From: Neoconidiobolus thromboides FSU 785 | Lineage: Eukaryota > Fungi > Entomophthoromycota | Length of the DNA: 64,000 bases | Assembly: GCA_025603075.1 (NCBI GenBank) | Contig: MU626356.1 | Span: 17,305 to 81,304, forward strand | Direction of reading: 5' to 3' | Shown here: positions 15,353 to 28,539 of the stretch, one piece after another | Position numbering within the stretch: the first letter of the stretch is position 1 | Layout: each line of letters begins with the position of its first letter | Made by a program: the position numbers and the translations under genes | Notes under the pieces: model-generated | What the model saw: only the letters and a program-made list of their open reading frames with translations | Databases searched by the model: none | What the model was told of the DNA's origin: nothing

Positions 15353-15753
15353 TGACAAAAAAGAAGTACAGAGTAAATTTTAAATCATTAGTAATTGAAT
15401 AATTATATCTTGGAGTGATGATGTTTTTGAATAAGTATTAATAATATACTTTCTTTATCATTAAATATTCTAAGTTGAACTATTAGTTTATAATATTTCA
15501 ATTTCAAGTCTAAAATAAACAATAAAATTAATAATAGATAACAATTACCTGATATTCAATTTATTATAAAGCTTTAAGAAATAATGTTATTAAATAAAAT
15601 ATGAAATATATGCGCTAAATAATTTTTAATACATTCTTTAAACATAAAAATATCTTAATCTATTTTAAGAGCCAACTTTTTCCCATTTATTCTAAGGTTA
15701 AAATTAACTTTTACTAAACATATTAAAGCTTAAACTAAACATTGATCCTTTCT

Positions 15754-17400
15754 TTAAGCTTTGGTTTGTCCTTGACGATGAGCACCAGCAGCTTCTTTAT
15801 TATTATGACGACGATTTGAGTTGTTCTTAGCTTTTGATTGATCCTTATTAACATCAGCAATAGCATTGTCTCTCTTCTCGATGCCATTCGCTATAATTTG
15901 AGTTTGGAAAACAGCGTCCCTAGTCTTTTCAATCATTTGACGATAGATTGATGTATTGATAGGGTTCATCACTACTGAATTATCATTAAAATCAATCTTA
16001 GCGTCAACTCTAGCATCGCGGATAAGGTTGACAATCCATTTTTCGCCTTCTTCAGGTGATAAATTGAGTAATTTAGCAAGCTGTGTAATGTTGATACGTT
16101 GATTAATACGACAATAAGCTTCTAAGATTAAGGTACGAGCGTTTTCAAGGAACTCATCAAGTGAAGAAACTAAAAAGAAATCATTGGCAAAAAGATTTTC
16201 GCATTCTTTAAGTTTAGATTGAGCTTCATCAAAGTCAAATCTTACATAAAGTGCTTCTGTAAACTGAGTGATAGGGTCATTGTAAGCATGTGCTTCTTGT
16301 TGTACTATTTTAATCAAATCTTTGATAACATTCTTACGACGACGGTTGATAATAGCAGCTGCAGATATATAACGTAAAATCCATGGACATGAAGTTTGTA
16401 TAGTGTTGATATATTGAGGTTGGAAAAATAAATCTAACAAATATTCTTTACCCTTTTGATGATTAAAGAATACAAATAAGGACCAATGGATGAGGAAAGT
16501 TCTTTGATGAAGTTGATGAATGGAAGAAGTATCTCTCTATATAAATATAAGTACCCTGTTTTTCATATTAAATTATAATATTACGTTTGTTTCAATAGAA
16601 TCTTTCACTTTTTGTAACTCTGTAAAAGCATTATCCCAGTTTCCAGTAAGAATCTCAGAAGCTAATCTACCCCAAAGAGAAGATAATAATAAGTTATCAT
16701 CTACGGACTATAAAAATTAAGTAAAGCTTATCAAAACGATTCATTTATAAAATTACCAAAACTTGAAAGTGATAAAGCATTTCAGAACAACCACCATAGT
16801 TACCACAGCTAAACTGAAACTGTCCAAACTTATATAAAGTTTCAATTGATTTTGCATCAAACTTAAATAAAAAATGAGTATTTTAATTCATCGTAAAACT
16901 ACCTTCTATTGTCTATTATATTTTATAATCAACTTACATCATGATTCTCATTTAAAAACTTCAAGTTAAACTCTTTGTCCTGACGTAAGGCCGAAATAAC
17001 TTCTGGGTTTTCAATAACATCCATAACTTTTTGAGCTTGCTTATTTAATTCCTCTAAGTTACTTAACACTTTCTCACGTTTGACAATAAACTCTAAATTC
17101 TTGTTAATACCATGTTGATAATACTCTTGCTTTTTAAACTACCTTCTGGAACCTCTTCAGTACTGTTCAATTCCTTATAAAGTTTGGCAGTAAAATCCAC
17201 CATATTTGTTTTGGAAAGTAAATCGTACTTGGCTTTTGTGACATCAGTAGAGTTATAGATCTAAGTTTATATGTTAAATTTATTGTATATCTTCAAATAA
17301 CCAAAGCTACCTCATTGATCGATAAAAATTCTAATAATGGAAAGGTAAGATGACGGTCCAAATAAGGTACCATCTTCGCGGTTAAATCATATTCGGCCAT
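15754..17400 (-). CDS. INT6: Translation initiation factor eIF3 subunit E (Int6)
   Basis: Starts [26 protein letters not shown]. Also [31 protein letters not shown] and the PCI domain [11 protein letters not shown]...[11 protein letters not shown]...[16 protein letters not shown]. Confidence 0.95.
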
Positions 17401-18169
17401 TATTGGGACTCGTTGAGTTTTATTAAAACAAGGGATTTAATGGCTTGAGGTTTATTTTTTTAGACATTTTTTGTAAATTTGAATTTTGGATTAATATTGG
17501 ATTTATTGTGGGTTGTTTATTAGTTCTTTTAATCTAGTGATTAAATAAAAAATAAATGGTTTAAAAAATAAATAAAAAATAAAAACTACGAGTACTAGCT
17601 AATTTGAAGAAGTATATTAAGCGAATCAGATATACAATAATGGTATGATTTACTTTATTATATAAACACTGAATCAAGAAGCATGCTTTTGATCATAATT
17701 TGCTATAATAGTAAAAGTTCATATCACTTTGAATCTAATAGGATAATTTTTTAATTATTTTAATTTTTAAACTCAAAATTGATCAAATGCTTAAACTGAA
17801 ATAGAAAAAACACTCTTTTAATTAACTAATAGAGATCATCATTATAAACTTATTGCTTTGAAAAGTAAATTGTATTTTTTAAATGTAATATCGAAATAAT
17901 CGAATTTAATAAGATAAATTCAAAATTACTGGAAAAGATCGTTATTAGAGTATCAGATAAGAGATGAGCTATAATTCTAAAATCTATATATATCCTTTGG
18001 TAATTCTATTTGATTAAATCAACACTCCAATTAATTATTCCGTTCAAGTACCAAAATTAGTACAATTAAAATTTTATCTAAAACTGTCTTACTTTTTTAA
18101 CATTCAAATTTTTAGCTTTAGTATAGATAGAGAGTAGAATGATCAAGGGAACGAGTAACTACGACATAA

Positions 18170-19447
18170 TATTGACCAAATTTTTAATAAAATAAACAAT
18201 GAGGCTGTAAGCAACGAGATCAAAGCGATATTATGAGAGTCAGTAATTAATCAGGGAAAGATTATAAAAAAGGTAACAGAAGAATTGTGTATAAACTATA
18301 ATGCTATGTCATCAATTGTTTTTCGAGAAAAAAGGAGATTATATGAGTAAGCATTTACAGAAGGAAGAATGGAAGATGACAAATCGAAAGATGTCGTTAC
18401 TAAAATATAAAGCAAGTGATGGAAATGAGAAAGATATGTGGGAGTTAATAGCCAAGCAAGAGGCATCTTCAAAAGAATCGATCCATCAGTTAGGGATTAG
18501 CTCTAGTAGTGCGAGCATAATTTCGTATGAAAGGGAAAAACGATCAGAAGACAACTTAAATTACCGAGAAGCGAATGTGAAGGGTAATGGTAAACTAAAA
18601 GTATTCCTGCACAGTTTTTGTGGCAAAAAGTCTTCAGAGTATAAAGAAGATTCGTTAAACATAATTACTAAGCATAAGAAATCCCCAAAGAAAGCAGTAG
18701 AATTATTGTCTCTTAACTTTCATTCTCCAAAAGCAATCGCTTGTAGGGAAACGAAAATAATAAGAGAGACTGTAGCCAATAAAGGAATAAGTAGCAACAA
18801 CAATGATGACTTAGCTAATTTTATCAAATTACCATATAGTGTAATAGGCGAAGATACCAAAATGGATTTATGGGATATAGTTATGAATCAAGGAATGTCG
18901 ATCAAAAAAGCTAGCGAACAGTTTTCTATTGGTTATCGAGCTGCAAAGGAAGCTATTGCTAAAGAAAGAAAGAAAGAAAAGAGATGGAGCTACAAATAGG
19001 ATAGTGGAAAATAGTGGAGAAAATAGGAAATGCAACAATACTGTTACTAAATCATCAGGTATAAGTAGCGATACCAAGAAACAACTATGGGAGTTATTGG
19101 TTAATTGAGGAAAACCAATGAAAGAAGTAGCTAAGCAATTATTTGTTGAATACAACCCAGTGACAGAAATTATTCATAGAGAAAAAGAAAGATTAAAATT
19201 TATGAATGAACGAAAAAAAACAAAGGAAAGAAGATAGCTTAAATAGCTTTATCAGTGAAACCTATAATAAAACAACCGATGAAATTAAAAGAGAATTGCA
19301 TGAGTTTTTAGAAAAATATTTTTATTTTTTTGAACAAACATCGGATTTATTAAGGATTACATATCATAAAGCAAAAGTGGGTGTAATAAATGCAAGAAAG
19401 AAAATAAGTGAAAATGAAAATAAGTGAAAATGAAAATAAGTGAAATT
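18170..19447 (+). pseudogene. Disrupted paralog 1 of the six-HTH-repeat gene
   Basis: All six modules are recognisable (e.g. IL*ESVINQGKIIKKVTEELCINYNA, DLWDIVMNQGMSIKKASEQFSIGYRAAKEAIAKERKK, QLWELLVN*GKPMKE, LHEFLEKYFYFFEQ) but broken by TGA/TAA/TAG stops and frameshifts. The 5' boundary is approximate. Confidence 0.8.
19400..19447 (+). repeat. Tandem 16-bp repeat x3 (GAAAATAAGTGAAAAT)
   Basis: Read directly at the 3' end of paralog 1; the third copy has one mismatch. Confidence 0.85.
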
Positions 19448-20230
19448 AATTGCTCAGAGATCGATAAAATAAAGGACGCCAAAGGCTGTTGGAAGTTTAA
19501 AAAAATAATGAAACTTGAAAGATACTATCATTAATGGCAGATAATTATTATATCTTCATTAGAAATATTATTTATTACTTATTGCTGTATAAATTATTTA
19601 CTTTTAAAGCAGCAGGGGATTACATATGGTTGTGAAAATAAAGTGCAAAAATCAAATTTGTGAAATTTTATCACAAACAGTTTTACTTAACTTCCAATAA
19701 AAATAAATTTTAAATATTGTATTATATAAAAAGTGAATGAAGTACTAAAACATAAAACGCTTTCGTAAAATCTTTAACACCCCCTGCTTTAAATTTTAAG
19801 TAAATTATATTATTAATAAATATTTTACATAATTAAAATGTTAAATATTATTTTAAGCTTAAATATTGAGCAAACTGTTGACTGAATTGGCAGAAAAAAC
19901 ATAACCTTTTGATTAGTTGATTGAAAATTTTGTTATTATAAATGTGCCTTAAAATGGGGATTTCTATTTTTAAAGTATAGTAAAATTGAAGTATTTGACC
20001 ATCATTTAATAAGATAAAATTTACCCAACTTGGACAGGTTCCATATCAAAATATAAAAAAAATAAGGTAATATTAAGATGATCGATTACATTTTCTAGAT
20101 TCATAACAAGTTACATTAAACTTCAACGCTTCAGTTAATGAATTGTTTTAGGCGATACAATTGATACATTAATGCCTAATTTAAAAACGATCCTCTTTAT
20201 TTAGTTTTAATTACCATTTTTTAGATTCCA

Positions 20231-21547
20231 ATGGATAAAGAAACAGGTGAACAAAGTAAAAAGAAGTCAAAATACAGTAGTAAGCAATTGAGTCAAACTC
20301 GTAAAACAATTACTAAAGAAGAGAAAAAGAATTTGTGGAATTTAATAGTCAATGAAGGAAAGCCAATAAAAGAAGCATCTGAAGAGTTATCTATTAACTA
20401 TGGTAGTGCTTTAAAGATTATTGCTAAAGAAAGAAAACGAATCAAAGATGCTGCCAATGCTGGAGAAATCAATGTAGAAAAAGACGATAAACTAAAAAAT
20501 TATATTAATAGAAAACGTAATAATATAAGTGATGATATCAAAAAAAAATTATGGGAGTTAACAATTAATCAGGGAAAACCTATGAAAGAAGCAGCAGAAA
20601 ACTTGGCAATTAATAAGGAAAGTGTCAAACGGATTATCTATAATGAAAGAAAAAAAATAAAGGAAAGTTTAAATATTGGAGAAATCAATGGAAAAACTAA
20701 TGGTAATTCAAATGAAAATGGCATCCAACTTTATGTTAAAAAACCCAAAGAATATAAAATTAAATTATTGGAGTTGGTTATTGATCAGGGAAAATCTATA
20801 AAAGAAGCAGTAGAACAACTGTCAGTTAATTTTCGTACTGCAGAAACCATTGTTTATAGAGAAAGAAAAAGGCTAAGACAAGCTGTAGCTGCTGGTGAAG
20901 TAAATACTGAAGGAAATGATCATTTAGTTAATTTTATCAATAAATCAGTTGATACAATAGGTGAAGATGCCAAAAAGGATTTATATGAGTTAGTTATTAA
21001 TCAAGGAAAAACTATTAAAGAAGCCAGCGAACAGTTGTGTATTGGCTATGGAAGTGCAAAAAAAATCATTGCTAAAGAAAGAAAGAAAATTGAAGAAGCT
21101 ACAGTTGGAGTGGAGGGAAACAATGTGGGGGATGGTAAACGTAATAATGTTGCTACCAAACCAGCAGATAAAATTAGTAATGATACCAAAAAACAGTTAT
21201 GGGAGTTGGTGGTTAATCAAGGAAAGCCAATGAAAGAAGCGGCATCAATGATGTCACTTAAGTATAATACAGCAATGAAAATTATTTATCGAGAGAAAAA
21301 GAAATTAAATATTGATGCAAGTGCAGGAAATATAAGTGTAGAAGAAAATGAATTGAATAATTTTATCGACGAAGCTTGTAATAGAATGAATAATGAAATT
21401 AAAAATGGATTACAAGAATTAGTTGAAAAATACTCTTATTCTCAAAAACAAGCATCTAAGTTATTAGGTATTATAGCTCGTAAAGCAACCACTATTTTAT
21501 CAAATGAAAAAAAGAAATTAAAAGGGGCAAATAATGAGGAAAGTTAA
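20231..21547 (+). CDS. Intronless 438-aa protein of six tandem helix-turn-helix modules (Tc1/IS630-transposase-like DNA-binding repeat, no catalytic domain)
   Basis: Uninterrupted ORF with consensus Ix(D/E)xxKxxLWELVINQGKxIKEAxExLxIxxxxAxxIIxxERKK six times at a ~72-aa period. Highly basic; no DDE/D motif seen. Confidence 0.8.
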   Translation: MDKETGEQSKKKSKYSSKQLSQTRKTITKEEKKNLWNLIVNEGKPIKEASEELSINYGSALKIIAKERKRIKDAANAGEINVEKDDKLKNYINRKRNNISDDIKKKLWELTINQGKPMKEAAENLAINKESVKRIIYNERKKIKESLNIGEINGKTNGNSNENGIQLYVKKPKEYKIKLLELVIDQGKSIKEAVEQLSVNFRTAETIVYRERKRLRQAVAAGEVNTEGNDHLVNFINKSVDTIGEDAKKDLYELVINQGKTIKEASEQLCIGYGSAKKIIAKERKKIEEATVGVEGNNVGDGKRNNVATKPADKISNDTKKQLWELVVNQGKPMKEAASMMSLKYNTAMKIIYREKKKLNIDASAGNISVEENELNNFIDEACNRMNNEIKNGLQELVEKYSYSQKQASKLLGIIARKATTILSNEKKKLKGANNEES

Positions 21548-21676
21548 GTAATTATAAGCTAGAAAATACAAAGAATATCAAACATTGCTTTAAATTTAAA
21601 AATACAATGAAATCTAATGAGTTTTACTTTTATTGTTTGATATTTACCATATTTTGATATGAGCTACATGAAATAA

Positions 21677-24600
21677 TTATTCATTATTTACTATCTTATA
21701 GGTGATAATACTCAAAGCAGGAGATAATTAGTTATAGTTGAAAATAAAATCAAAGTGACAATTTTAATTTTGTAATAACTTTTAACTTTAAGTTTTATAA
21801 TTAAAATGAATTGCTTAGTTTAAAGTAATTGCAAAAAAAATTTTAATAGTTTTTTAATCTTTCCTTTACTTTTTATAAAACACAAAGTTTAAATAAATTT
21901 AAAATAAACAATATATAAAATATTTATTTTTAACATAATAATATGAGGAAATTACCTTATTATAGGATGTTAATATTAAAACTATGAATAAAATAGTCAA
22001 ATGTATTTTACTTTATTTTCCAATTTTATTCAATTTATTTAAAGTCATCATACTGTTTTTACTTTTGATATTTAAAAAAACTTACGTTATATTTGAATTC
22101 TCAGTAACGCCTATTTATTACTTTGTTTTATCCTTTTGCATTAATTAATTCCAATCAAATGAAAAATACTTGCACAAAGTAATGGAATATTCAATGAATT
22201 TTCTAAAATAAGATTATTTTGTATTAAATTAGGGTAATTAAAATTAGTATCTTCAATCCATTTTAAATTTATAAATGGATAAGATTCATTATTAAAGATA
22301 TTAAATTTCAATGTTATTAATGAATCAGGTAACTGAAATACAACAGTTATCTTATTTGGCACTTCTTCTATTAGTAACCAAATTCTTATTACATATTCTA
22401 AAATAAAGTAATATTAAATACCAATATTAAATATGTTTGTATATATATCGTTATTATAATAATCAATCTTACTTTTTTCAATTTCATAATCAAACGAGTC
22501 TAGTTCTGGTTGATATGTTTTTTCATTAAAACAAGATTGTATTAATGTGTTAAATCTTAATTGATGTCGAATTACCTAATAATTACAAAATAAGTTGGTT
22601 TATTATTATTGTATTAATAATATCTTACATTGAATACAGGCAATAATTGAGTTGGATGATTAATTGGTACCTTTAATAAATTATAACAAATATTATGTTC
22701 GCTCATTAACCCATATCTTTGTAATTTAGTATGACTATTTAATTTCTATTCAAAATAATATTTATATAAATATAATATATAATATATAATATATAATATA
22801 TAATATATAATGTAATATAATTCAATACTTACTGCTATCCATGGACTATTATTAATATCGATATTATTATTAACATTGAATGGTTCAATAAATTCTTGTT
22901 TTTGAATTGACTCATTTATCTAAATATTGTTTTAAGTATTATTTAAATTGATTCAGTAGACTCGCTTACTAATACTTCACAAAGATCGGGGATAGGTTGA
23001 GGATCAAATAAGAATAGAAATTCATTTGCTAAAAGAATATAAATCAACATAATAATAATAGTAATAAACTTACTCAATAATTGTCCAACAATAATTGAAA
23101 TCTTAATGATTAATTGTTGACAAATAAGAATTGGTTGTTTTAAATTAAAATACCATTTTAATGGTATTGATAGTTGATGAGCTAACTCAGTATTATTTGG
23201 ATCAAAATATAGCATTTTAATTGGTTGGTTTATTAATGGATAAGTATGTGGCATTATATTAAAGATATTTTGATTGCCTTCATTTAATTGAATGTTTTCT
23301 TCTTCTAAGTAAATATATTTTAATATTGTATTTGGTAATACTAAACTATGCATTCCTGATTCTTCTATATTTAAATCTCCCATAATAAATTGTTTATTAA
23401 TATCTTTGTCTCCTAAAAACAAAACAAAACAAAACATTTTAATGTTATCTTGTGTTTATTTTATTACAATATATTTACCTTTTTTAAATAGTTCAATTAC
23501 ATCTTCTGTTTTGTTGATATTAATTGAGTTAGTCCAAAATATTATAGTTGGACCAATAACATTATGAAATTTTAATGGAATTCCATGGCCAAAATCAAAT
23601 AATCGATTACAATCACCGTCACTAATAGATAATATATTATTATTGTTACTATTATTACTATTCAAATTACTTCTCATTGTTAAATAAAAAATCAATATCT
23701 TTATTCATTACATCAATCAAATGAAATAAATTAATATTTTGATTTTTTAAATATTTTGAATTCAATTTAGTTATAAATTCTAAATTATTTCGAAATTGCT
23801 CCATATCATTTATTCTATATTGAAAATAGATTAATTAATAAATAGTACAAAATTATTAAATCTATTTTTACTTTATATTTTTAAGTAATACATTTTCAAT
23901 CTATAAAAATTAAATTAGTTTAATTACAAATTAAATAGTTTTAAACTTACAACATCCTTTTTTAACTCTTGATTGGGATGATCAATGATATCTACGCTAA
24001 CACCTACTTTTGTAAATTTAATCTAATAATAATTAATTATAACAATTAACTAAATAATGATAAATTCTATTTTACATCTAAAACAAATTGATGTTCACTA
24101 AAAGTATATAAATTGTGATCATCTGTTGTATCATAAAAAAATTCTAATCTATAAAAACAAGATTAATTAAACATATATTTCAATTGAAATATTAAATAAA
24201 TAAATAAATAAATAATAATTTACTTTAATTGTTTAGATATAAATTTAAATATACTTTTGTAATAATCTTGATTAATATCCTTTATACTCATATTATATCC
24301 AAGTCGGTTTTTTATAAAATTCAAACTTTCCGATAATTTGTTTTTCCATTTTAAAGGTATTGATTCATTCTATTTATAATAAATATTATAAAATATTTAT
24401 TATTTATTAATACTTACTTCAATACTACCATCTAACTTATTAATATCTACGGTGCTTACTAAGATTTGAAACTCATTAAAACTAGCTGGATTATTTGATA
24501 TTGACAATAATAAACTCAAATATTTATTTAAATATTCTTTTAATATAGCCATTTTACTCATTATTGTAATAGCATCATTCTTATTACTATTTGAACCAAA

Positions 24601-24843
24601 TGGATGATTATCTATATATGTTTTAAATTTGAAGGTTTGATCATAAGCTATGATACATTAACTAAACAAAATTTATTTACCTAAACCAAATAAGCCAAGT
24701 CCTTCCAATTCACTATTTCTAATCATTTGTTCAGTATTTTTAAATACAAAATCTACTACATCTTCTCGTTTGAATGTTAATAAAAATTCCTTTTTAATCT
24801 CTTGTAATAATTGTATAATCTGATCCTTATTATCGATACTCAT
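21677..24843 (-). CDS. Mediator subunit Med1-like protein (many introns; 3' exon structure tentative)
   Basis: ATG at 24843 (MSIDNKDQIIQLLQEIKKEF). Spliced segments FVLDIKF, EQFRNNLEFITKLN...NLFHLIDVMNKDIDFLFNNE and DFGHGIPLKFHNVIGPTIIFW resemble fungal Med1 domain blocks. Putative stop near 21677. Confidence 0.55.
22771..22811. repeat. (TATAATA)n microsatellite, ~6 units, inside a MED1-like intron
   Basis: Read directly in the sequence. Confidence 0.85.
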
Positions 24844-24846
24844 TAT
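24668..24846 (-). repeat. 179-bp segment (MED1-like exon 1 plus 5' splice site), identical to 31301-31479 in inverted orientation
   Basis: Base-by-base comparison of the reverse complement found no mismatch. Confidence 0.95.
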
Positions 24847-25384
24847 TTAAAACAATTAACTTTAAAAAGTAAACGATTTAAATTAAAATTCAATAGAAAT
24901 ATCCTTGCACTTAAAAAAGAGATTAGTTGTTTTTTTACTCTGTTTTTAATATTTTGTACTTAAGAAATAGAACAATTTATCAGTAAAATTCATATCAAAA
25001 AATACTTAATGTATTAATTGAAAAAAATCCTTCTTTTTGATTAGCTGAAAAAAAAACACTTTTAATCTTGCTTGGTTTCAAGAAAATTATTTTTCTAACA
25101 TAATTAAATTATCAAAGCCCAAAGTATTCAACAAAACCAGATTTATAACTGGAAAGTTATCCATTATTGTGTTAAGTAATGAATGTCTCATAATTCAATA
25201 CTTTAAACTTATTTTGTTTCACTACAATAGTTACTTTCAATTTAAATTCTTAATCAAAATATTATTTGACTTAAAAAAGGAAGTTAATAAAAATAATACT
25301 TAATCTGTAATTGTTTTACTGTTTTGTTTTTGATAGTCGAAGTTATAAGTCTTAATAGAAAAAAGAGCAAGCAACTAAAATAAC

Positions 25385-26190
25385 AAGGGTCAAGAAAACA
25401 GAAGTAATTGAATCAATAAGATTAGCATTGAAGCTGGAAAGAGATTATTTGAGTTAGTATATGAACAGCAAAAGTTCATTAGAAGGATATCGAAGGAGTT
25501 GACTATTAATTTTATGACTGTAGTGTCAATTTTTGTAAAGAGCAAAAAAATAAAGGAGAGCCTAAATTTAGGAATGAAAGTTTGGAACAAGATAGTAATT
25601 TAAATCGCTATATTAATATAAGTTGCAATAAAATAAGCAAGAAGACCAAAAAAGAACCATGCAAATTATTAGTTGAATAAGGCAAGCCCATAAAAGAAAG
25701 GGCAAAAAAAATTGTCTGTCAACTATGGTATTTCACTGAACATTTTTTTAAAAAGAGAAAGTTTAAAAGATACTGTAAATGCAGAAGAAATAAATGTAGA
25801 AAATAATAACTTGAGTGACTTTATCGATAAAAGATGTAATAAAATAAATAAGGATATTAAAAAGGATTTGTTGGAGTTAGTATTAAATCAAGAAAAAGTC
25901 ATAAAAGAGACAGCGGAACATTTACTTATCAAATATAAAAACACATTAAATATTATTGCAATGTAAAGGAAAAGATTAAGAGAGGGTATAAATGTAGGAA
26001 AGATTGGTATAATGGAAGGCAATAAGTTACATAATTTTGTCAATAAATCTTGTGATAAAAAAACAATGAATTTAAAATGAATTTATCATACTTAGTAATC
26101 AATCAAAGAAATAATACAAAAGAAACAGCGAAGCAATCAGTCATCAATTATAATATAGCATGTAGTATTATATTAAAGGGGGAATCAGTT
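25385..26190 (+). pseudogene. Disrupted paralog 3 of the six-HTH-repeat gene (about four modules visible)
   Basis: Fragments KRLFELVYEQQKFIRRISKELTINF, KLLVE*GKPIKERAKKLSVNYGISLNI and KDLLELVLNQEKVIKETAEHLLIKY, with stops and frameshifts. Confidence 0.75.
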
Positions 26191-26643
26191 AAGAGAAAGT
26201 CAAAATAAGGGAAATCAAATATTCAAAAGCTAAAAAAATTAAAGAATAATATATACTATTGATGATGAACTGTCATTATGTTTTTATGTAAATTGTATAA
26301 GATTGATTATTTATTAGCTATATAAAATAACATTTTTTTATAAACTGGAAAGAGTTAATTATGACTATAAAGATAAAGTGTATAAAGTACTAAAAAAATT
26401 TAATATAGTCAATTTTAAACTTGACAAGATTTTATTTAAATATAAATATAAAGCTTTAATTTATAATTACAAAGTTCAAAACTATTTTTTATTTCAATAG
26501 TAAAATTTAGTTTTTAATAAAATTTAAATGTAAAAATGTTCAATGAAGTTAGAGCTATATAACAATATTTAAGTTTATATTTGTTATTACAACAGTTTTT
26601 AATACAATCTATTATTCTAGAATTTAATAAAAAAGGACAATAT

Positions 26644-26741
26644 GGTAGTATTTTTTTTGGCGTCGTTACTTTTTCCATCTTTTAAGTGCTGTTTGAGTGG
26701 AAAATTGTTAGCAAAATTCTTAAACACAAAAATACATCCCC
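26644..26741 (-). mobile_element. MITE family A copy
   Basis: GGTAGTATTTTTTTTGGCGTC...AATACATCCCC, flanked by ATAT/ATAT. Confidence 0.85.
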
Positions 26742-26961
26742 ATATGCTTTTAAAGCTTGTGATTTTGAGCAAACTGGATCTACAGCGAATAGGGCTCCAA
26801 TCTTACAATCTTATAATATTTTTTTGATGTACAAATTACATTATAATTAAAAATCTTATCTTTAGGCACTATACCGAGGGCTTCAGTCAAATTTAATCTT
26901 AGTATTAGGTTTGTGGTGATAAATAATATTCTATATTAATTATTTCTCATGATTAAAAATA

Positions 26962-26994
26962 GTGAGTCATTACTAGAAAGGTGACGTATAAAAA
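26962..26994 (+). promoter_or_regulatory. Gcn4/CpcA-type site (GTGAGTCAT) plus TGACGTA and a TATA-like element upstream of ARG3
   Basis: TGAGTCA at 26963-26969 and TGACGTATAAAA from 26982, ~40-65 bp before the ATG of an amino-acid biosynthesis gene. Confidence 0.55.
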
Positions 26995-27029
26995 GAAAAA
27001 AAAATCAAAATTAACCCTTTAATATTAAT

Positions 27030-28300
27030 ATGTTTTTAAAATCAATTCAGTCAAAGGCATTTCAGTCATTGAAATACAAGACAGGGATACGAAGCTATAG
27101 TAATAAGATTACCAGCTTTGAAACTTTAAAAGATTTAAACGCCAATCAGATTAATCACTTAATAAAAACATCCATAAAATTCAAAAAGGATATTAAAAAC
27201 AATGTTACCAGCTACGATCAAACATTACGCTCCAAATCAATAGCACTATTGTTTTCCAAACGTTCCACTAGAACCCGATTAGCAACAGAGACTTCAGCTA
27301 ATCTATTAGGTAATTTTTTTATCAATAGTTTTGATTTAATAGTTAATTTGTTTTAAGGTGCCAAAACATTTTATTTAGGTGCTAATGACATTCAGTTAAA
27401 TGTGAATGAAACTTTATTAGATTCGGCAAAAGTCATATCAAGTATGGTAGATTGTATTGTAGCTAGAGTGGGTAGCCATTCAGAAATAGAAGTAAGTATT
27501 TGACAACATTTTGTTTATTTAATTTGACAAAACACATAGGAACTTATGAAATATTCAAGTGTACCAGTAGTGAATGCATTAAGTGATAAATATCATCCCA
27601 CTCAAATTTTAGCGGACTTAATGACGTTACATGAAACTTATTGTCAGGAAATGAATATTCAAAAAGCAGAAGATACGGATTTATTTCATACATTAGGTGG
27701 GAAAAAAGTGACTTGGATTGGAGATGTCAATAATGTATTATATAGTTTGATGTTAACATTACCAAAATTTAAAATTCATTTATCAATTTCAAGTCCCAAA
27801 GGTTATGAACCATTAAAAGAAATATTATTAATTGCAAATAATGAAGCAAGTAGATCTGGAGCTAATTTGGAGATTTTGAATGACCCAATTGAAGCTATTA
27901 AAAATTCAAATGTTATTGTTACTGATACTTGGTAAATTAATAAATTTAATATATTTGATTTGTAGTAATTTTATCATTATTTATTAGGGTTAGTATGGGA
28001 CAAGAAGAAGAATTTGATAAAAGAATCCTAGATTTTAAAGGATATCAAGTTACAATGGATTTAATTAGCAAATCAAAAGCTAACCCAGATTGGAAATTTT
28101 TACATTGCTTACCAAGAAAACCTTATGAAGTGGATGATGAGGTAATTAAATGATAGCTAATGAACTTGAAAAGTTATTAATGTTTTTAGGTATTTTATTC
28201 AAATCGTTCATTAGTATTTCAAGAAGCTGAAAATCGTAAATGGACAATAATGGCTGTTTTGTACTCCTTAATGCATTTGAAGCATTTTCCAGAAGCATAA
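27030..28300 (+). CDS. ARG3: Ornithine carbamoyltransferase with mitochondrial presequence
   Basis: Motifs: [65 protein letters not shown]. The N-terminus is basic and hydroxylated, as in a presequence. Confidence 0.95.
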
Positions 28301-28539
28301 AGGAGCACCTTTTAGTTATAAAATTTAATATTTTATTTAATAAAATAGTTACCTGTTCTATCTTGAAGTTGTTTAATATAACAACGATTATTCTAAGTGT
28401 TAAAATCTTATGAGTTATAAATTAAAATTTTATTTTTTATTTTAAAATAATCATAGCTTTTAGGTAGTTTATTTCTATCATAAAATGATGAAACAAGTAT
28501 TTTGAAATTTAAGTTCAATTTGAATTTACATAAACATAT

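Noticed and set aside
18301-18999. 232-aa ORF as a functional gene
   Set aside because: It starts out of frame with module 1 and is a fragment of the disrupted paralog 1.
26642-26827. Short ORFs 26642-26827, 33806-34072 and 44389-44586 with similar translations (FKRYLSGKIVGKILKQKIHPH)
   Set aside because: They read through MITE copies; the shared peptide only reflects the repeat.
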